A DNA stretch of 64,000 nt from Chara braunii (GCA_003427395.1 BFEA01000012.1:5973336-6037335), one strand, 5' to 3'. Counted from the first letter of the stretch, positions 10,894 to 21,585 are shown. Made by a program: numbers and translations. The notes: generated by a model not told the origin, from the sequence alone.

Positions 10894-13800
10894 ATTCGGG
10901 AGCGGTTGTGTTGGCTATCTCACTGACAGTGGTCGAAAGGGCAGGCAGGAAAAACGACTTGATCACGCTTTCTGAGAACGATCAGCTGACGAAGAAAGAA
11001 TTAAAACCGTGGGAAGAATGACCAATGTCGCTTTCCGATTAGGTAAAGTGCATGCGCTTGGGGATGTCGTAGTACTAGATGTCAATACGTACGACGTTCT
11101 CCTTGGACTTCCCGCTCTTGTAGCGCTACGAGCAAACCTGGACTTCGAACGATGATCGATCGTCCTCCGAAATACCGGAGGAAAACCCTACGCGGTGCCC
11201 ATGCGATTGACCCTTCGCACTACTATTAACACGGTTCTGCGAGTTTCGCCGATGATGGCAGGGACTCTCTGCATGATCTCTTGGGAGAAATCCGCAGGAG
11301 GAGAGTCATCAACAGACGATGTGGAAAGCAGTGACGAGAATGATCCGGATATCTTGAAATTAGCACGACAACGTGTTTGTTACCCACCACCCAAAACGAT
11401 AGCAAGAACGATGCAACTAACCAGCCGAAAAATTCAAAGGACCAAGGCGATGATCTCGGGTGAGCCCCTCGTGCAGATTTTGAGGATGGTCGATTCTTTG
11501 GAACCCCCGCAAACTCTGTATGAAGGAATCACCCCTCTCCTCGCCCGGTACAACGACAAGAAGCATTACTGTGACATTACGGATCTACCCAAGTCCTTAC
11601 TAACTTCGGCTAAAGAAGTGAGATTGTTACACTTGGGGGCGGAAGCAAGCTCTCTGGAACCCCTTGGGCATTTTGAAGCAGAAACAGACGGACTGGGGAT
11701 AAAGATCGCAACTAAGGAAGTGTCATGGCAGGATGTTTGTGACGGGATTACCCCGGAAGGACACGTGGCAATCCGAGAAGAAGATGCTCAGATGATGGCC
11801 ACGGTGTTCTCCTGGCGATCAGATCATTCATTCATCTCGGCGCCTCCATCCGACTTGTCAAAACAGGCGAACACGAAACAAATTGACGTTCGGATCTGGG
11901 ACCAACTTTTTGAATTGCACGTTCCACAATATGTGCCGGATGAAATCCACCGGGTAATTGCGGATATTCTAACGGAATACCGAGGAGCGATTAGTGTGTC
12001 AGACACTGACATTGGGTTGTCATTAGTAATCCAACATGAAATTCAGACAGAAAATCGCACCCCGATTCATTGCAAACCTTATCGCTATTCCTTGATTGAA
12101 CGCAAAAAGGCTCTCGAACGAATTCGGGAGTTCGAAGCCAGCGGCTGGATTGAACCCGCTACCGGACCTTGGTCCTTTCCTGTAGTGTTAGTACCGAAGA
12201 AGAACGGGGCGATACACATTTGCATTGATTATCGCAAGCTGAACGAAATCACGATCAAAGATGTGTATCCCCTCCCCCGGATTGATGATCTGTTGGATGC
12301 GATTGGATGGGCTAATTATTTCAGCAAGTTTGATATTCGGCATGGCTTCCATCATATTCTAGTAAGGGAAGAAGATCGGCCGAAAACGGCCTTTGTGTTG
12401 TTTGAGGGTACGTGGCAGTGGGTTCGGTGTCCGATGGGGATTTGCAATGCCTCTGCTGCGTTTCAACGAGCGATGAACATGACGTTCCAGAACTTCGTCA
12501 ACAAGACACTGCTGACGCAAGGAATGATTAACTTCTGCGTGATCGTGTACATGGACGACATCCTGGTCTATTCGGAAACCTATCACGGACACACGCAACA
12601 CATCAAATAGACATTGAGTGCATTGAGAGATGCTGGGTTCAAGATTGCGCTTAAGAAGAGCGAATTTTTCCTTTCGGAAATTTCGTTATTGGGCTATATC
12701 GTGACACGTGGAGGATTGCGGCCAGATTCCATAAAAGTTGCGGCGGTGAAGGAAGCTCCGATTCCTACGCCACTGACGCAGGTTCGAGCCTTCTTGGGAC
12801 TAGCGTCGTACTATCGGCGCTTCATCAAGGGCTTCGCCGCGATTGCACGACCACTAACGAATCTGCTACGGAAGGACCAGCCTCTCAGTTGGGACGCGGA
12901 GTGCCAGCATGCCTTTGCAACCCTCAAGGACGCTCTGGCGACGGCCCCTATTTTGATTCGATCGGACCCCTCGAAGCAGTTCATTCTCATCACGGACAGG
13001 CAACCGGAAGCTATTTCCGCTATTCTAGCACAGAGGGGGAACGATGGTCGCGAACACATCATCGAGTATGCATCACGAGCCGTACCGGACGAACGAAGAA
13101 ACAACTCCGCACCTCAGGGTGAGTGTTATGTGGTAGTTTGGGGAATCCAACACGTCCATCCGTACCTTTACGGACAGAAGTTTCGCCTTGTAACGGATCA
13201 CGAGCCTCTGCTGGCGCTGAAGGAACTCACCAATTACACGGGCATGATTGGTCGCTGGGCGGTGCGACTACAAGAATACGACTTCAATATCGTCCATTGA
13301 AAGACAGAGCGACACGGCAACGCGGACGGGCTGACACGTCTGCATCGACCTGCCAAGGTACCAAAAGGCGAGGAAATTACCCCGTGGAAGGAGTCGGGCC
13401 TGACTAACGAACCGAAGTACGGACAAGTGGCAGTTCTCCCACGTGGCAAGAAGCAAAACGGTGGCGATGGGTGATGGAGGTAACCCCACTACCCCTCTTT
13501 CTCCCCATTCCTCCTCATCTCTCCCCTCCCTGCCTGACAAATTTTGCTATTTTTGCGAAGCCATCTCCCGCGTCTATTCGGTCTCCATGCGTCCTAACGG
13601 TGCGGGATATGCGAATTGGATAGATTGCCGACAGTGTGTTGCACGGGCCCACGGCTCGTGCATCCAATACCGGAACGATAGTAAACCATGGTTGTGCCCC
13701 TTGTGCCGGACCGACAAAATTCCGACCGAGACTCGCTTTTTGGATGCCACGTAAGAAGGATTGGAAAAAAACCGAAAGTTTAGAAGGGCCGAAGTATGGA

Positions 13801-15193
13801 CGGATATTGCCTTAATTGCCACCCTAGTAGGACGCCCTCTAAGATTTCACCAAGGAAGATCGAAGGAGGGCCAACGAAAGGGCTCGTGACTATCGATGGG
13901 TAGAAGGTAGATTAGAAAAACAGAAAACGAACGGTAGTGGGATTTGGATGTTAGTGCCACATCCGTTCATGCGGTATGGCTGGGTTAAGACAGCCCACGA
14001 AAAAATTGCGGCTCATTTGGCTGTACGAATCACGGAGTCCGCTATCGACAAAAATGAGTGGTATTGGTCCAATATTCGCGACGATGTGAAGTACATCGTT
14101 GCCACCTGTCAAGTCTGCGCCGTTGATAAAGCGCCGATTCAGCCACCAAGGTCGATAGTGCCCACGGTTGTTGAACGGCCATTTCAGAGAGTAAGCATGG
14201 ACACTACCGACATAGCGGTGCCCCTTGGCCCTAATAGTTGCGAGTATTCAGTCCTACTGGTATTTGTCGACCATTTCTCGAAATGGATCGAAGCGTATCT
14301 TTGTCGCACGCGGCAAGCCACAAAAATCGCGCGATACGTCAACCGTTTCCTCAGAATGCATCAGGACACCAAAGAGATCCTGATCGACAACGGGGCTGAA
14401 TTTAGGGGAGAACTGTTAAGGAATCTGGTCCTACATGGCGTCGCCATACGAAACACTGCACCCCACATGTCGCAATCTAATGGGCTGGTCGAAAACGCTA
14501 ACCGGGTGATAAAAACAGCATTGCGACGAAACATCGCGGCACGAGATCCGAGACCCTGGCCCGATATCGTCGATCACATCCTAGCGGTCCATCGCGGAAC
14601 GCCCCACGAATCGACGGGGTTGAGCCCCTTCCAATTAAGGACCAATAGTGTCGCTTGCGTTTCGATACCAAGCCTCCCGGATGAGTCTACATTGAACCGA
14701 CGGCCCACCAGGGCCACGGGTCGGGACAAGGCCAAACGGCACCTAGAGTTAATGGAACGGTCGCTGCCCAGGCTTAGCCCGAAAGCGAAAGAAAATGACC
14801 GAACTAGCCCAGGGCCGACAGGTGCGAAGCTACGAGGCCCGAAATGGGAATGCGGGTCCGCGGCCCCAGTACAAATTGGGGGACATAGTGCAAGTGAGGA
14901 AATGTGCTCGCCAGGGTAAGCTAGGGCCACGATTCTTCGGGCGATACCGCGTGATTGAGCTCGGTCCCAACAGCGTGGACACTGTGCGTCTCGCCCCTGA
15001 AGTCTCGACAGTCGATCGGCGCGCCAGAATCACCCGCCACGTATCCTATCTTTGCCTCCTCCCCTCTGCTCCCTCCCCTTCTCCCTCGATCTCCCATTCC
15101 GAGGAAGCCGAAGACGACGGCTCTGACTCTCCGCCATCTGCCTCTTCCTCTTGCTCCCCATCTGCCTCCCCGTCACCTTCGCCATCACCATGA
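10870..15193 (+). pseudogene. pol: Pol: aspartic protease, RT, RNase H, PHD, integrase with GPY/F-like tail
   Basis: IIDSGA at ~10893; RT motifs CIDYRKLN, YPLPRID, MPMG-like CPMGICN and YMDD; RNase H FLGLASYYRRF...TDHEPL; integrase H...H/CQVC, SMDTTD, IDNGAEF, NGLVE; LGPRFFGRYRV. Several stops and frameshifts. Confidence 0.95.
13545..13706 (+). other. PHD finger (C4HC3) domain within Pol
   Basis: CYFC-x-WIDCRQC-x4-HGSC-x-WLCPLC: all eight zinc ligands and both PHD-typical Trp positions are present. Confidence 0.88.
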
Positions 15194-15669
15194 GTTTTCT
15201 GGAGGAAAGAGCCCTCAGCGCAGCATCACTTGCTCCCCGTGATCGGTTGACGATCCGGCAAGTCCATCATCCCCGCCTCAGTCCAGACCTTCGGAGGCTT
15301 GCTCACTTCTTCTGCACGGAAGGCGTGTATGCAGCGGCGGTATTCAGAATCGAAGGCCGGCCTGACGCGGTGGTACTAACCGAGGCGGTAGCAGTTCATC
15401 ATTGGGCGATGCCAGGTGTCAGTCGCATATCGGTCGTCATCAACTTCAGTGGCGATCTCTCCACACTTCTTCCTTTGCGACATTCGACAGTGAAGGCGTC
15501 GCTGCACGAGTGGGCGAACGATCTGGTCGCCGAGTGGACTCAGCTGCTGGCTCGTCCCGGAGATACAGTCGCAACGACACTAGCGATCGAGTACGACGGC
15601 CTTCGGATGTATCAACGCGAGCCGCCAGCAGACATCCCTATCCTCGTTCCCTTCCCACGTCCCCAATGA
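15190..15669 (+). CDS. Extra ORF A (159 aa), unknown function
   Basis: Intact ORF. Its ATG (15190) overlaps the pol stop TGA (15191-15193). Confidence 0.65.
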   Translation: MSFLEERALSAASLAPRDRLTIRQVHHPRLSPDLRRLAHFFCTEGVYAAAVFRIEGRPDAVVLTEAVAVHHWAMPGVSRISVVINFSGDLSTLLPLRHSTVKASLHEWANDLVAEWTQLLARPGDTVATTLAIEYDGLRMYQREPPADIPILVPFPRPQ

Positions 15670-16571
15670 GTCTCTCTCCGATCTCCGTTTTTGATCTCCC
15701 CTCCATCTTTCCCACCTTCTGGCAGTCCGATATCCATCCTCACCTTTCCTACTGTCTAAAGCCCCTCGCTGTCCCCGATATCCATCCTCCCCATTGGGTC
15801 CTGTGGCGCGAAGACTTCATCGAGCTTTCACTGTGTCTGGTGGAAGTACGACTGGCGTGGATCGAGGACGAAGCGCACCCAACTTGCATAGAGCGCCTGG
15901 AGTTGCTGTTCATCCAGGCCTGGCGAACCAACGTGGAGGGAGAGCTTCTCGCGTTTCTATTGAGTACGGTGCGGCCCGGTCACCAGGATCTCATCACGAA
16001 AGAGCTCACGATCCCAGTAGCACAGCTGGCGGACGATCTCCCTCTTGACATCATCTCGCAAGACGACGAGCATCCAGTTCCCCACGTGCTTTCTCACACA
16101 TTGACGCCTTATCTTCAGTGGTCGGCTTGCGTAGAAGGAGCCGCAGAGCGCATCCCGCCGTCGCAGCAACAATACCTGGATCCCCGGACGGCTCGCGATC
16201 CTGCCTTCTTCAGGCATCCTACGGCGGAGCAGCTTGCAGCCATTCGAGAAGAAGAGGAGGAGGAGGAGAGTACCGGGAGTGACAAAGACGAAGAGCTCGG
16301 GGAAGAAGACGAAACCCCAGAAGAAGGAAGCTATAGCGAGCATAGCGAGGGGGAACAGAGCGAAGAAGAAGAAGAAAGCGAGGAAGGAGAAGAGGAGCAC
16401 GACAAAGAGCCTGCTGGATCGGAGTGGGAAGTCGTGCCAGAAGAAGCGCTGCGTACGGGTACGGAGGCTGAGGATTCGGAGGCGGGCCGCAAAAGAGAAG
16501 AGATCGCGGCCGGGAAGGAGTTAGAGCTCGCAAGCGCGGAGAGTCTGCAGATTCACGATGATCCGAACTGA
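15666..16571 (+). CDS. Extra ORF B (301 aa or more), globular N-terminus plus long acidic (E/D/S) tract
   Basis: ATG (15666) overlaps the ORF A stop. The TGA at 16569 may be a mutated CGA, since the frame stays open into an R/S/P-rich tail. Confidence 0.7.
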   Translation: MSLSPISVFDLPSIFPTFWQSDIHPHLSYCLKPLAVPDIHPPHWVLWREDFIELSLCLVEVRLAWIEDEAHPTCIERLELLFIQAWRTNVEGELLAFLLSTVRPGHQDLITKELTIPVAQLADDLPLDIISQDDEHPVPHVLSHTLTPYLQWSACVEGAAERIPPSQQQYLDPRTARDPAFFRHPTAEQLAAIREEEEEEESTGSDKDEELGEEDETPEEGSYSEHSEGEQSEEEEESEEGEEEHDKEPAGSEWEVVPEEALRTGTEAEDSEAGRKREEIAAGKELELASAESLQIHDDPN

Positions 16572-16596
16572 GATCCTGAGCCACCCTGGCCTGAAG

Positions 16597-17220
16597 ATGG
16601 CGACCTCGCGGCCACGACTCTGACCCCATCAGCGCGGCGACGGAGCCGATCCCCCTCCTCCTCAACCCGTCCCCCAGTTTGCCGACGTACCGATACGGGC
16701 GATCGGTCTTCGTCCCCGATCACTCTCTCCCCGTCCCCTTGGCTACCTCACCCTCCGCCCGCTCACCACCCCCATCACGTTCCCCTCCAATCCATTTCCC
16801 CGCGCCACCTTTCGCCACTTCTACGCTGCTTGCCTCGCTATAGTGGTGCACCGCCACCCCTCCATTCGATGCGCCGTCCCAGCCTTCTGCCTCCATGTCC
16901 TACTCCTTAGTGCCGCGTGGCGAGGCCACAACATGATCGAGGTCTACTGCGTGGTAACGGGGACCATCCCCGCGTGCGATGATCGCGATCGTTTCCGCGC
17001 GGCACTCTTCCGAACTCTCACCACCCTCTATCCTGATTACCTCATATCCCTCTCTCGCACGGGCAATCACTTCCCCCGCTTTCACCGCATTGTTCGCTAC
17101 CAAGAGCTTCCGGAGACTGTAGCCGTAATGGAAAGCTTTCTGCCCCCGCTACCCACAAACCCTCCACCCCGCCATGCTGCCATGCACCGACTCCCCTTCC
17201 CCCTTCCAGTTAATTACTGA
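16597..17220 (+). pseudogene. Possible extra ORF C
   Basis: ATG 16597, one TGA at 16621, then open through the listed ORF 16843-17220. Confidence 0.4.
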
Positions 17221-17465
17221 TGCAGCGGTAATGGACGCGTGTCGCGGCAACGACACGAGAAAGATCCCGTCCTTGGATCGTCGAAGAGCCCAATCTGAGG
17301 AACTAGTAGAAGAGCAGAGTCGCCATGTTGGATGACGTCCACACGCAATCGAACGGTAAGTGGCATACAAAGAATTGCTTCGCGTGTCGATCAATTAGAG
17401 AAATCGACACGTGTCAACAAGCAAGCAGGAACTTGCTAATATTGGAACCCCCTGGGCGTCACGTA

Positions 17466-19813
17466 TGTGACGAACCACTTTCTGTAACGCGCGATTTTCT
17501 GCGCGGTTGCAATGAGGGGTCCTAAGCTGGGAAGATTGGGCTAATTACGGGAGATCGGGATCGGTGGAAAATTGCATTAATGTCCTCGTTTTTTCGTCCT
17601 CTTTCGTCGTTTCTTTTTCGAATGACCGGGCACGGGGTCAGGTGTGTCTTGGGGCGGCCGGTTGAGTGATTGGTCAGATGGTTGTCTGGCGCGCCGCCAC
17701 GCGCGTGCGCAATTAATAAATATTGACGTCGTTTCTTTCGGCTCGGTTTCGATCTTTTGGGGCACGGACATCGCGCGGGAAATTGCTTCGTTCTTTTTGA
17801 ATTTCCTTTTAAATCTTTTTCGAATTTTGTCGAGCCCCTGATGACTCTCGGAATTTCGGACTTTCCTTCTGGAACACGTGCTTCTTTTTGCTTTTTCGCA
17901 GTAGATAGGAATTTAGAAATTTAGTAATTAGGATTTTTCTTGCCGCACGGCGCCTTTTGTTTACGCGCTTCTTCATGCGGCTGTAACGGCACTCTGATTA
18001 GTGGGCGCCCTTAATCGTATGTGTAACTGTAATTTTGGGCGGGCGCCATTGTAACTGTATCTCTCTTCTTGCACTTTGTCTCTCCCGCCCTCCCTCTCTT
18101 TCTTTTGCTGAAATTTTGTAAGCCGCGGCTTGCATGCTTGGATCGATGCGTGGAGAAGGGTTACGTCCCCCACGCCGCGGCCGATCATGCAGAACGCAGG
18201 CGTTCCCTCTCTAATCCTCACTCTAAGTCCTGGTAATTCCGTGTTCTTCGCGCATGCATGCACGCTATAAATCTTGGCTGCGCGATTAATCAGCTCTCTT
18301 AACCCATTGTTGGAAGCTCGGGGTTGCGCAATCAGGAAGGGTCGGCACACGAGCGAAGTAAGAGGTGAGTAGAGCAGGAGTTGCGCGACCCGACGGGCTG
18401 GTGCCGAACGCGCGGGATTGACGTGGGCCATGACGGAATGTGGGCACGGGCGAATCCGACAGGTGTGGGAGGGCTAAGCGGGGTGACAACTTCGTGGGTT
18501 GGTGGGTGACGACGGACTGTCCGCATCGGAGAGAGAGAGAGCGAGAGAAGAAGAGAGTTGAGGTCAATGGACGCGGATTTGCTGTTTTCTTGTCTCTTCC
18601 CCCTCTTCATCTGTGTACATACATTTTGATTGCGTCTCCGGGCGGTTTGCCCGTTCTTATTTTCGTTTCGGCTTTCTAAAATCTGGGCTTGGGTTTTTGC
18701 TCACATTTGTCCTTGTGATGTCCGTCCTGCTTGCATTATGTGTATGATTGCCGAATGGATGGATGTTATGACTGCTTGTCTATCTTTTTGCTGAGAATCC
18801 CTGTCCTTGCGTTATGTTTATGTCGAATCCTTTGCCTACACCTGATGTCATTGTAGATGGGATAGGAATCTGGCCCCGATAGTGGGTTTGTTCTCGTTTT
18901 TGCTTATCCCGCGATGGGGGTTGTGATATGATTGCAACTTGCATAATCGACGATCCGAAGTCTGGCCCCGCGAACGCCGCGCGAGAACAGGTGTAAACGC
19001 GATCCGATTCGCGCCCTTACACGCATTCCCGTGCGTCGATTCGATCACCCAAAAAAGGATTCGGGCGGAACCATCATCCCGTACGAGCACGTTGAGGCGC
19101 CAGTAAGTCTGCCTGCCCTACACGTGCTCGTGCGCGGTGACGATAGGCCGACCCGCGCTATCCCACCGACGATGATACAGTGACGCGATCTTGGGGCTCA
19201 GACTCATCCTATGACCCAGACTATTTCACCCCTATAATAAACGAGCTCATAAGGACACGATACCCCTGTCACACGGAGAATTGGCTATGTCCGCGGAAAT
19301 TCCACTGTGCCACCTCTAGCGACCCTCGGTGCTCCGATTTCCCTTCTCCCGACCACACCTACTACTTCACCCACCCCGGATTCGTTGAGATCACCACCAG
19401 TTTCCCTCCTTTCTGCCTCCTTCTCCCGTATCATCAACTCAGTGTCGTTCCGTGGCCGGCCATAGCCCCCTATTGGCCCAATACGTTTTGCGTGAACTGC
19501 CGACGCAGCGGCGCATAGAGCACTCCGGAATTCCGAAGGCCCAACTCAGGTACTCGGCGGCCTCCGACGGCCTAACTTTTCAGGACCATCTCCACCACGG
19601 AGGAATTTTCCCGTAACCCATCGCCCACAATGTCCCGGTCCCTTCGGACTATGAGACCCTTGCGCGCGCACCCCTCGTTCGCCTAATTGCATTCATACCC
19701 TTAAGACTCCCCCCACTTCCCCCAAAAATCCTTGGCACACCCCTTTTCGGACTTTCAGGCCCACACTCCACTCCGATCAGGAAGTCGCGCTGGGCGTGAG
19801 GTTGGGCGTCACA
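17466..19813 (+). repeat. 3' LTR (2348 bp)
   Basis: Starts TGTGACGAAC, ends GGGCGTCACA, followed by the TSD GCGG. Confidence 0.96.
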
Positions 19814-19817
19814 GCGG

Positions 19818-20630
19818 AAGGGGGTATGAGATCAAGTGAATTCTGGTACGAGGACTGAAAGCCTGGACCGACATTCCGTCTGTTGAGGGGGGAAGTTTTG
19901 GTAGTTGGCACTTTCAGTTTTGACGCCCCGCTCTTATATTTTTCCAAGCCTTTTCAGATTTTTTCTGAATTTTAGCCTATCTCATGAGGAAAGTTTTGAG
20001 AATGCCTTAGGATTTGGGGCACCTCTTGCAACTTATTTTAGGTTTTTGTTAATATTGTTATATTTATGGATCTGTGGTTTGTTTATATGCCAGAACGACG
20101 TTGGCCGGGGTCGTGGGGTTTTCCTGCAACCTGTTGATAGCAGGAGCATGAGACCTGGTAGAGACATCTGGGGATGCCTTGGCCCGGGCATTCCAAGGGA
20201 AAACCAAGGGTTGCTGTCCGTACGACGATGGTCGGAGCTGGGGTGAGTTGTGTTGCCCTGTAACCTAGCACGATGGGGGCATGAGGCCTAGGAAAGCTCG
20301 ACAGGGAATAAGACAGTGTTCGAGAATTTTAGAATGTTTTATTGGGGATTCCAGGGATTCTAAGCATTCAAAGGGCTTCTGCGGCTTTCCATTTTCACTT
20401 AGTACGTATTGCTTGAGTAGCCTAGCAATAGGTTAGCAGTTATCCATGTTCTTCCTAAATTTCCTAGAATCGCTCTCATAATTCTCAGATTGTTCTTAGC
20501 CGAAGGCAGGTAATGACCCTGGTATTTCAAATCATTTGTATAATTCTATATGGGACGCTGGGCCTGGTTCCCAGCACGAGTTGCTCCCCACGAATAGACT
20601 GGAGCATTCGTCCACAAAAAAAAAAAAAAA
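19818..20630 (+). mobile_element. 3' end of a poly(A)-tailed non-LTR retroposon that hosts the Gypsy insertion (continues left of 6509)
   Basis: The ~100 bp before the A-tail (20616-20630) resemble the 3' end of the LINE at 46300-46412. The motif GCCCTGT.ACC..TAGC recurs on both sides of the Gypsy element (~6491 and ~20255). Confidence 0.5.
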
Positions 20631-20879
20631 GTTTCAGAATGTGACCGTTTTTGTTGTAGGATGCATTTTTTAGAGGAAGACTGTGAGCACGGCCTCCTAT
20701 ACTACCTTGCAGTATAGAAAGTTTTTTTTTTTTCCTTTTCCTTTCATGCGTGGCCAAAATAAAACTAAGATTTATGGGACTCGCCGACCCTGGGTCCCAC
20801 CACCGATTTCTTCGGGGATAGACCATTACATTGTAATTTCCTAACACTGAAAAAAAAAAAAAAAAAAAAAGTCGGCCAT

Positions 20880-21185
20880 GGTCCTCAGGGCTAAGTCCCC
20901 CTACGTGTAGCGGGGGTTTAGACTTGGTTTCAAGTCGTGTATACACGGAACCAGAACTAAATATCCCCAAGTCGAGCATGGTCCCCGGAGGCCATGGCCC
21001 ACCAGCGGGGGTTTAGTTTATGCTTCATGTATTTTCCAATATGGTCACACTAGGGCCGATAGATTTTCAGATCGGATGGCAAGGAGCCATGTACACTCGA
21101 AACCAGAATAAAACCTCAACTAGTGGGACGTGGCCTTGGGGCTAAGTCCCACTAACGGGGGGGAAGGCTTGGTTTCTAGCACACC
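20880..21185. repeat. Array of short inverted/direct motifs (GAA(A)CCAGAA / TTGGTTTC family)
   Basis: Related motifs recur at 1505-1655 and 23318-23345. Confidence 0.6.
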
Positions 21186-21218
21186 CCTACTCTTGTCATC
21201 CGATATGAACAATCCGAC

Positions 21219-21585
21219 GCACCTTTGTGACATCTATTAAAATTGGAGGGATACAGAGAAGATTAGCATGCCCCCTAGCAAGCATGACACACATAAGGGT
21301 GAGATTCCACTGGCCAAGAAAGATTGGACTAAGCGCCTGAATCTGAATGCGTTTTATGTAGAGATCCAGAAAAGCAGAGCAATCACAATGATCTGCACAT
21401 CTCCACAAACACGTCCAGATTCAAGTTTTCAATCCAATCTCTTTGCTACCATCTTCACCCGAATAGAACGCCTGGTAATTATAGATGTATTTGGCACAAC
21501 TTTCAGCCCAAATACGGCGATAATTCCTGGGTGTTCTATTCGGGTGAAGATGGTACGCCCCAAATCGAGAAATGGTCTAATTTTT
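21219..21585 (+). pseudogene. U6: U6 snRNA pseudogene split by a ~265-bp insertion
   Basis: AAAATTGGAGGGATACAGAGAAGATTAGCATG...ATGACACACATAA up to 21296, then the U6 3' end AAATCGAGAAATGGTCTAATTTTT at 21562-21585. Confidence 0.92.
21447..21555. repeat. Foldback hairpin with 23-bp perfect stem
   Basis: TACCATCTTCACCCGAATAGAAC pairs with GTTCTATTCGGGTGAAGATGGTA; inner GTATTTGG pairs with CCAAATAC. Confidence 0.9.

Larger units (their letters stand above)
6509..19813 (+). mobile_element. Structurally full-length Ty3/Gypsy LTR retrotransposon (PHD-containing Pol, extra ORFs), inactivated by stops and frameshifts
   Basis: Termini TGTGACG...CGTCACA (7-bp inverted repeat); GCGG duplicated at 6505-6508 and 19814-19817; two ~2.35-kb direct repeats; PBS; domain order gag-PR-RT-RH-IN. 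Confidence 0.97.

Noticed and set aside
9139-16665. Antisense ORFs within the Gypsy element (e.g. 9139-9744, 15957-16400, 16219-16665)
   Set aside because: They are shadows of GC-rich sense coding frames with no recognisable motifs.
15190-17220. env gene
   Set aside because: ORFs A and B show no evident signal peptide, furin site or C-terminal transmembrane anchor.
21146-21210. U6 promoter (USE plus TATA)
   Set aside because: GTCCCACTAACG only loosely resembles RTCCCACATCG, belongs to the surrounding repeat motif, and has no TATA box at the expected spacing.
21297-21561. Spliceosomal intron in U6 (GGTGAG near the left junction)
   Set aside because: There is no AG or pyrimidine tract at the right junction that would restore U6, and the U6 internal stem-loop is also mutated.
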